A stretch of DNA of 64,000 bases from Selaginella moellendorffii (taxonomy: Eukaryota; Plantae; Lycopodiophyta), in assembly GCF_000143415.4 (NCBI RefSeq), contig NW_003314290.1, positions 1,788,454 to 1,852,453 of the forward strand, read 5' to 3'. Below the pieces are notes generated by a model. It saw nothing but the letters and a program-made list of their open reading frames with translations, made no database searches and was not told the origin of the DNA. Position 1 is the stretch's first letter. Every line of letters starts with the position of its first letter. The translations under genes were made by a program, and so were the position numbers. Below are positions 58,535-64,000 of the stretch, one piece after another.

Positions 58535-60470
58535 AAGATTTTTTTATTTTCCTTCTTCTGCTTGTTTATTGTTTTTGTGTATGTTTGCGTTGAGTGTAAG
58601 GGCGGGGACAGAAGGCAAGATCTGGAAGGGCTCAGCGAACGAACGGACGGCTCACTGAAATCATCAAAACAGCTACTATAATCCGTCAATCTCATGCTTC
58701 TTGGTGGGCGCCAATGAATGAATGAATGAATATAACATCAATCCGTGTAGTACGAGAGTTATTTAAGCTTATAATGAGCGGCAACAACACTTTGAGGAAG
58801 AAAAGCGTGCAGCAGGCAGAAGAGCTCGAGAACTGTTGAATCGCAAGCTAGTTAAAGTTTGAAAATCAATTTCCAAAACTATGCCTACGTTGACCCAGCA
58901 CTTCTTAATGTTTCTGCTGATGCTGCATCAAACCAGATGAAATCACTTTAAGTATACATTTAGATAGTTTTAATTGGTGGTGGACACTCTGGTGATGTCC
59001 ATAACACACCCCACTTAATGAACTATGGTTATCATACACTACTATGGCATTTCTATCATCTCAGATTAGCATCAAGTTCCTTTCTTTTTTGAGTGAAGAA
59101 CAAGCAAGCGAATTTTGATTTAAGATTTTTAAAAATTTATATTATTGATATTATTAATTGGTAATTTTATTGTTAAATGTACCAAAGGCACCCTAACAAC
59201 ACAAGATGCAGCAGGGAGAGCATTTGCCATGGATGTAGTGGTATGTATATACTAAGATCATAATGCTCTGAATTAGGCCATTTTCGAGGTGGAATATATT
59301 TTGTTTTGAAATTTTGAAAATTACACTAAGAGCAATTTATGGATAATCCCTCTTCATTTAATGCATTGTAATTATTGTTTAAGCATGGCAAAAACAATGT
59401 TTAAATGCATTGGACCTATAATTTAAAATATAAATATAATTTTTTATTAGCACCATACCCTAACCCTACAAACTGATGCTAATTTTTTTTAATTTTTAGA
59501 GTAAAGAATGTACTTAGAATATTCAAATAAGATTCTCTTTCGTTTTGCAATATATTTTCTTGCAACATGTACAACAAGAAATAGTGGGAAGTTCCTTAAG
59601 TCTACTGTTGCTAGGCAATCATAGTGTTCCTCTTTTCTGGGAATGAAAATGGTGGCATCTGTTTTGGTATCTAGTGCAGAGTGTCTGGTAATCTTGTATA
59701 ATAATAAATATGTGAGAGTTCAAATTATTAAAGCTAATAATAATCAAGGAGGACTTAGCATTGCATTGAACGAGGCCATAGAAAAATGCTATGTTGTGAG
59801 GTCAAAGAGGTTGGAATTGAAAGCAAAAGCAAGCAACAACTACTCATGCAATAGATGAGCTCTTTACTATTTTCAATTGGGTCTGCTTAGAGGAGTTTCA
59901 TTGGTCTTGCAACTACAAGTGTGCCACTGTTTGTGTGTTTTACAACCTGAAAAGCCAAAAAGTTGTCATATATAAACTAGTTGAAAGTCCCCATCCATAG
60001 TGTACTGAGACGACAAACAATCGGAACACTAGAGCAATACTAAATAGCTTAGCCTTGCCAAAATATATAGAATGTTCTTGGTTTTAGCAAACCATAGTGA
60101 AGTCTTGAAGCCAAAACCATTCACTGCAAGAGGTTTCATAATGAAGTGTTGTGTGCAATCAATAGGCTTTATAAACATTAGAAATAGGAGGCAATTTTAT
60201 CTTCTTTCCTTTGGTGCTACTGCACGTGTCTTTGATGTATAGAAGAGTTGGCTTGACTGTGCTGAATCTCAAGTGTTTAGTGTTCTCAAAAGACCAAGGA
60301 TAATAAAGATTTTGACGAGAGCAAGGGATAGGGTTCATTATAAAACTTAAGTGATCTTTTGCTACTTTTACTACTTGATTTGCAATAAGTATAGTTCCTA
60401 CTATATAATAGTTATATTTATAGATATAATATCCTATATTTACATACATATTCTATGTATAAGCTCAAAT

Positions 60471-61099
60471 TCACAGAAGCTTTTCGTGTCTCATTAAATT
60501 TTTGATTCGTTGGTAAGAGGTTTGTAGTTTTATCAATTGCCTTGGAATGATGCCACTGAAAATCCACCTCTCAATATCTTCTAATGAACTTCTTGCTATC
60601 TTAGCTTCTTGCTCAGAAATTTGCCCCTTCTTTTGCCCCTGCTTTTGCCCCTGGAGTGCCTTGTTGAGTACTGCCTAGAGTGCCTAGTTTTGCACCTAGA
60701 GTGTTGCCTGGAGTGCCTGGTTTTGTCTTTGGAGTGCTGCTTGGAGTGCCTGGTTTCACTTTGGAGCGCCTCTGTGCAATGTGCAAAAACATTCCAAAGC
60801 CTTCGTAACTTCATCACCTCTTGGTTGAGCTTTCTGACATCATCACCAAACACGCTTCTAGATGCACCAAGAAATAGTGCATCCAAGAAAATCAACGAGT
60901 GATAAGGATTGTTTAGACGAATCCTGTTGACTAAAAAGTGGCGAAGTTGTTGATGCTAGGCCTTCTTGGTGTTGCTCTTACAACATTGAAAATAATCTTC
61001 AAGGGTTTTAATATTCTTGTTGTGCCCTTTCCCTATTGGGGCTATGGCCTGGACAATCATCCACTCAGGCAACCCCATCACTTTCAGATCTTCTCTCAT
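60471..61099 (-). pseudogene. Degenerate ORF of unknown family Y
   Basis: MREDLKVMGL...LEDYF..(stop)..FLVN...FAHCTEAL, then a 33-bp repeat tract, a frameshift and LEDIERWIFSGIIP...HEKLL. Homologous peptides at 28550-29035. Confidence 0.6.
60622..60770. repeat. 12-bp and 33-bp tandem repeats encoding TRHS(R/K)QHS units
   Basis: Recurring ggagtgcctggtttt / agagtgcctagtttt and ttttgcccct. Confidence 0.75.
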
Positions 61100-61279
61100 G
61101 ATAGGAGCCTAGGTATGTCTTGAGCTCATGAGCTCACGACTTCTCAAACACAAGGAAAACATTGGTTTGTCTTGAACCAACATCTTTTCATTTTTCAAAT
61201 TTTGCTTTAATCTATATTTCTAAATAAATTCAATCAATAAAATACAAATATAAATATAGATCCAAACACCAAAAGTGAT

Positions 61280-62308
61280 CTAGAAACACTTCTCAAGCTC
61301 TGCAATTGTAAGGCTTGCATGATGGATGTGATGGTCGACCTTAGGATCTTGGTTTAGTTTTTACATAAAAATGTAATAAATGTGCTTGCAGGCTAAATAT
61401 ACCTTTCCCTTGTTCTCCCTCTGTGTAAAATCTGGACAGGTACATGATGGATTTTCACAAATTCTGATAGTGTAGCTCATACCCTTTGACGACTCAATCA
61501 CAACAACAAACCCCTTAGCTACAGCACTGATGTAGTTTATTGTTGTGATTGTGCATTTCAACACCTTTGTCAGCTTGATTTTCTTTTGTGCACCTTTTGA
61601 AATGGAACACCTATATTGTACAGCCTTCCCATTTCTACCTAGTCGTGTATGCCAGTCTAGTGTTGACATTGGTGGCATAGCAGTATCAATAGCAACATTT
61701 GAGGAAGTCTTTAGCTTGAAACCAACTCTCTCCAGACTTTCAATCTCTTCTTTTAAAAGATTGTAGCTTTGCTCAACTGGCCACTCCTCTAGCACGGAAT
61801 CTGGCTTCGAGATAATTGAGTTGTGGATCCGGTTTGTATGAGTAACATTAGTCCCACAACAGTAAATCCAACTTGACTGGCAGCCCTTTACCCCTAGATC
61901 TTGACAGCCCCAGAAATATGGTACTGCTGAAGAACTTGAACTTGAGCGCACAAATGCAACACACTGACCTCGACTCCCAATCATTCCAGAGCAATGCACA
62001 TTACTCTTGGCATTGACTCTTCGAATTGCCCAGTTGATACGAGAAACTAGCTTATGAGCAATAATCTTCTCAACCTCTGGCATTGGATTTACTTGTGTAA
62101 CAATTGGCACCTCCTCCACTCCATGTTCCTTAGTTCTTTTTTGGTGTCGTGAAATAGAATGGTAGTCAAACTCTGGACAGTGAGAGCTAGAAGGAGTGAT
62201 GTTGGGCCCATCAAATGTCTGTCGACACTTCAAACAGGTTGTCCTCATATCCCCAAGTGGTTCATAACTTGATTCCATAAGAGTTCTAATAACAACTTCC
62301 CCCACCAT
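61280..62308 (-). pseudogene. SWIM zinc-finger protein with one in-frame stop
   Basis: YTIRICENPSCTCPDF...CKHIYYIFM, stop at 61361-61363, then in-frame KLNQDPKVDHHIHHASLTIAELEKCF. Confidence 0.72.
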
Positions 62309-64000
62309 CTTAGATATTAACCTTATTGTTGGTGTAGTCTTTTTACCAACCTACTTTCGAAGCTTTTCTAAGTTTGGACTTGTACCAACAAACCTTGCTT
62401 CTTGTGCAGCCAAAGCTTTTGATGACTGCTCAAGAGATTTAGTGAGGTCGGAGAATGAATCTTCATAGAGGGACACTTTTCCTTTCTTTGCTTTGGAAGC
62501 TCTCCAACTCCAATGTTTGCTCTTAGAGAGATTAATTGTTGGTGTAAGTGTATTGTCATCAAGTGGTTGATCCTAAGAAAAATGCAATATTTGAATGTGA
62601 CAAAAAAAGAAAATGAGAGAAAACTTATATGAAAAATATAATGGCCCCACTGAAACATTCGAACTTCCCACCATGCAAACCAACACTCCATTTGTGGAAG
62701 GTGTTCAATTGGCACTTTGTTTCCTTCATACCACCATATGCACATCTCATTTGGTTTTGCTTTGTGCTCCTCATTAGTTGGTGCATCCATCCATTCTTGA
62801 CAAAGCTGCTTAAACTCGTAATGGAAGCTAGACTTGATGCATCGGCAATGTTCATTAATGCTCTTTGCCCAATGAAACTCACAACTCTTCTCTCTACCTT
62901 GTAATGGTTGACTTTTATCACCTTGTATGTATCACATTGAGAATACTTGTTGTATAGCCAACCAGTTAGCACCAGTAGCATTTGCCATGAAACCATGAAA
63001 GTTGGGTTTCTTCCTGGTTCATTGTTTAACAACTTTAGACATACATGTCCAAAAGACGGTTTATGCTTGGAAATCTTGAACCTTGAATTCGGTTATAACT
63101 ATAGTCAAATTGCACTACAACTTATACAAAGAATGGTTATAATGTAAATCGGTATGAATCTTTAAAAAATGAATAACCACTTACTTGTGATCATAAACAT
63201 GAGCTCCCATTGTTGATCAGCCTGAAACTCATTCTATATGGTCGAAATGGATTCAGGAATTAGCTAAGTCCCCGTCTCCATCGATATCCATTCGTTGTAC
63301 AAGGTCCACACCAAAAGCAGGACCAAGGGTGGACATTTTAAAGATGAAAGGGCGTTGACTATTTGAAGTCACTTAGCCAATGAACAAACTCCCATAAATA
63401 AATTCATAGGGATATTTTCTTTTTAACTCTAAAATTGCATTCAATCCAGATTGAAACTTTCCATCTCACCCTTCTCACATCCAGTTCTTTATTTTGCTAA
63501 AAAAAAGAGTGTTTCTAGTGATAAAGTAGAGTTAAGTATTAACTTATACCTGTTTAAATTTGTCATAGGTTCTATATTTCGAAGCAAGTCCTTCAAGTTG
63601 TTCTCCATGAACTCTTTTTTGCCACTTACTTGTAGCAATGTGTCCACCACATAGTCCTTTAGTACAAATTGTTGAACATACTTTGGAGTTGCAGCACTTT
63701 TCTTCCTAACCTCTGTAGTAACAGCAGCCTTCAAATTGCGAAAAGAATCACGGCGGATTCCTTCCTCTATTACGTGTTAGTGGTATCTAACATGCACTGC
63801 TGCTCTACCTAAACATCCATCCCGTGGAAGAAAATAATACATTTTTGCATCACAACATGCTTGACAAATAGGTGTTGCCCCGCATTTGTGACATCTAAAC
63901 CTTGTAGCAACCTTATCACATCTAAGGGGATTAATTGCTGAGCCTTCAAAGAAACACATATTCTTGCCATGATTAGAAATGCATTTCTCAGCGACACTTT

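Larger units (their letters stand above)
58900..64000 (-). mobile_element. AT-rich, CpG-poor degenerate tract with broken ORFs (TE- or virus-like), continues off the right edge
   Basis: Abrupt compositional shift, interrupted minus-strand ORFs and a SWIM finger. No termini or transposase catalytic motif identified. Confidence 0.45.

Overview
Eukaryotic, gene-dense land-plant nuclear DNA. The roughly 50-60 bp introns, tiny intergenic gaps and PLS-class PPR genes point to a lycophyte such as Selaginella (inference, not verified). Left flank: SIN3-like, PhyH-family dioxygenase, a Q/P-rich orphan, DRP1, three carboxylesterases (CXE) and a GDSL lipase. Right flank: UBA2-like RRM, an orphan, TMEM234-like, PPRs, R3HCC1L-like, TGD3, F-box, a decayed papain-like protease and AAE14/MenE, then an AT-rich degenerate TE- or virus-like tract with a SWIM-finger ORF. 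The centre (~14.9-37 kb) is an amplified array of a ~5-6 kb cassette [gene-fragment mosaic + GDSL 3' remnant + CXE <-> orphan gene X]. Three units lie forward/inverted/forward, giving two overlapping multi-kb palindromes (centres ~23520 and ~29130). Both centres carry the same ~115-bp PPR-derived spacer containing an 18-bp palindrome. The mosaic is a collinear, heavily abridged copy of genes 10-25 kb away on both sides. The best candidate for a novel system is this locally templated fold-back array, which could produce hairpin/siRNA against its own CXE, X and GDSL genes and the neighbours; any function is hypothesis only. Boundaries of repeats and remnants were read by eye and are approximate.
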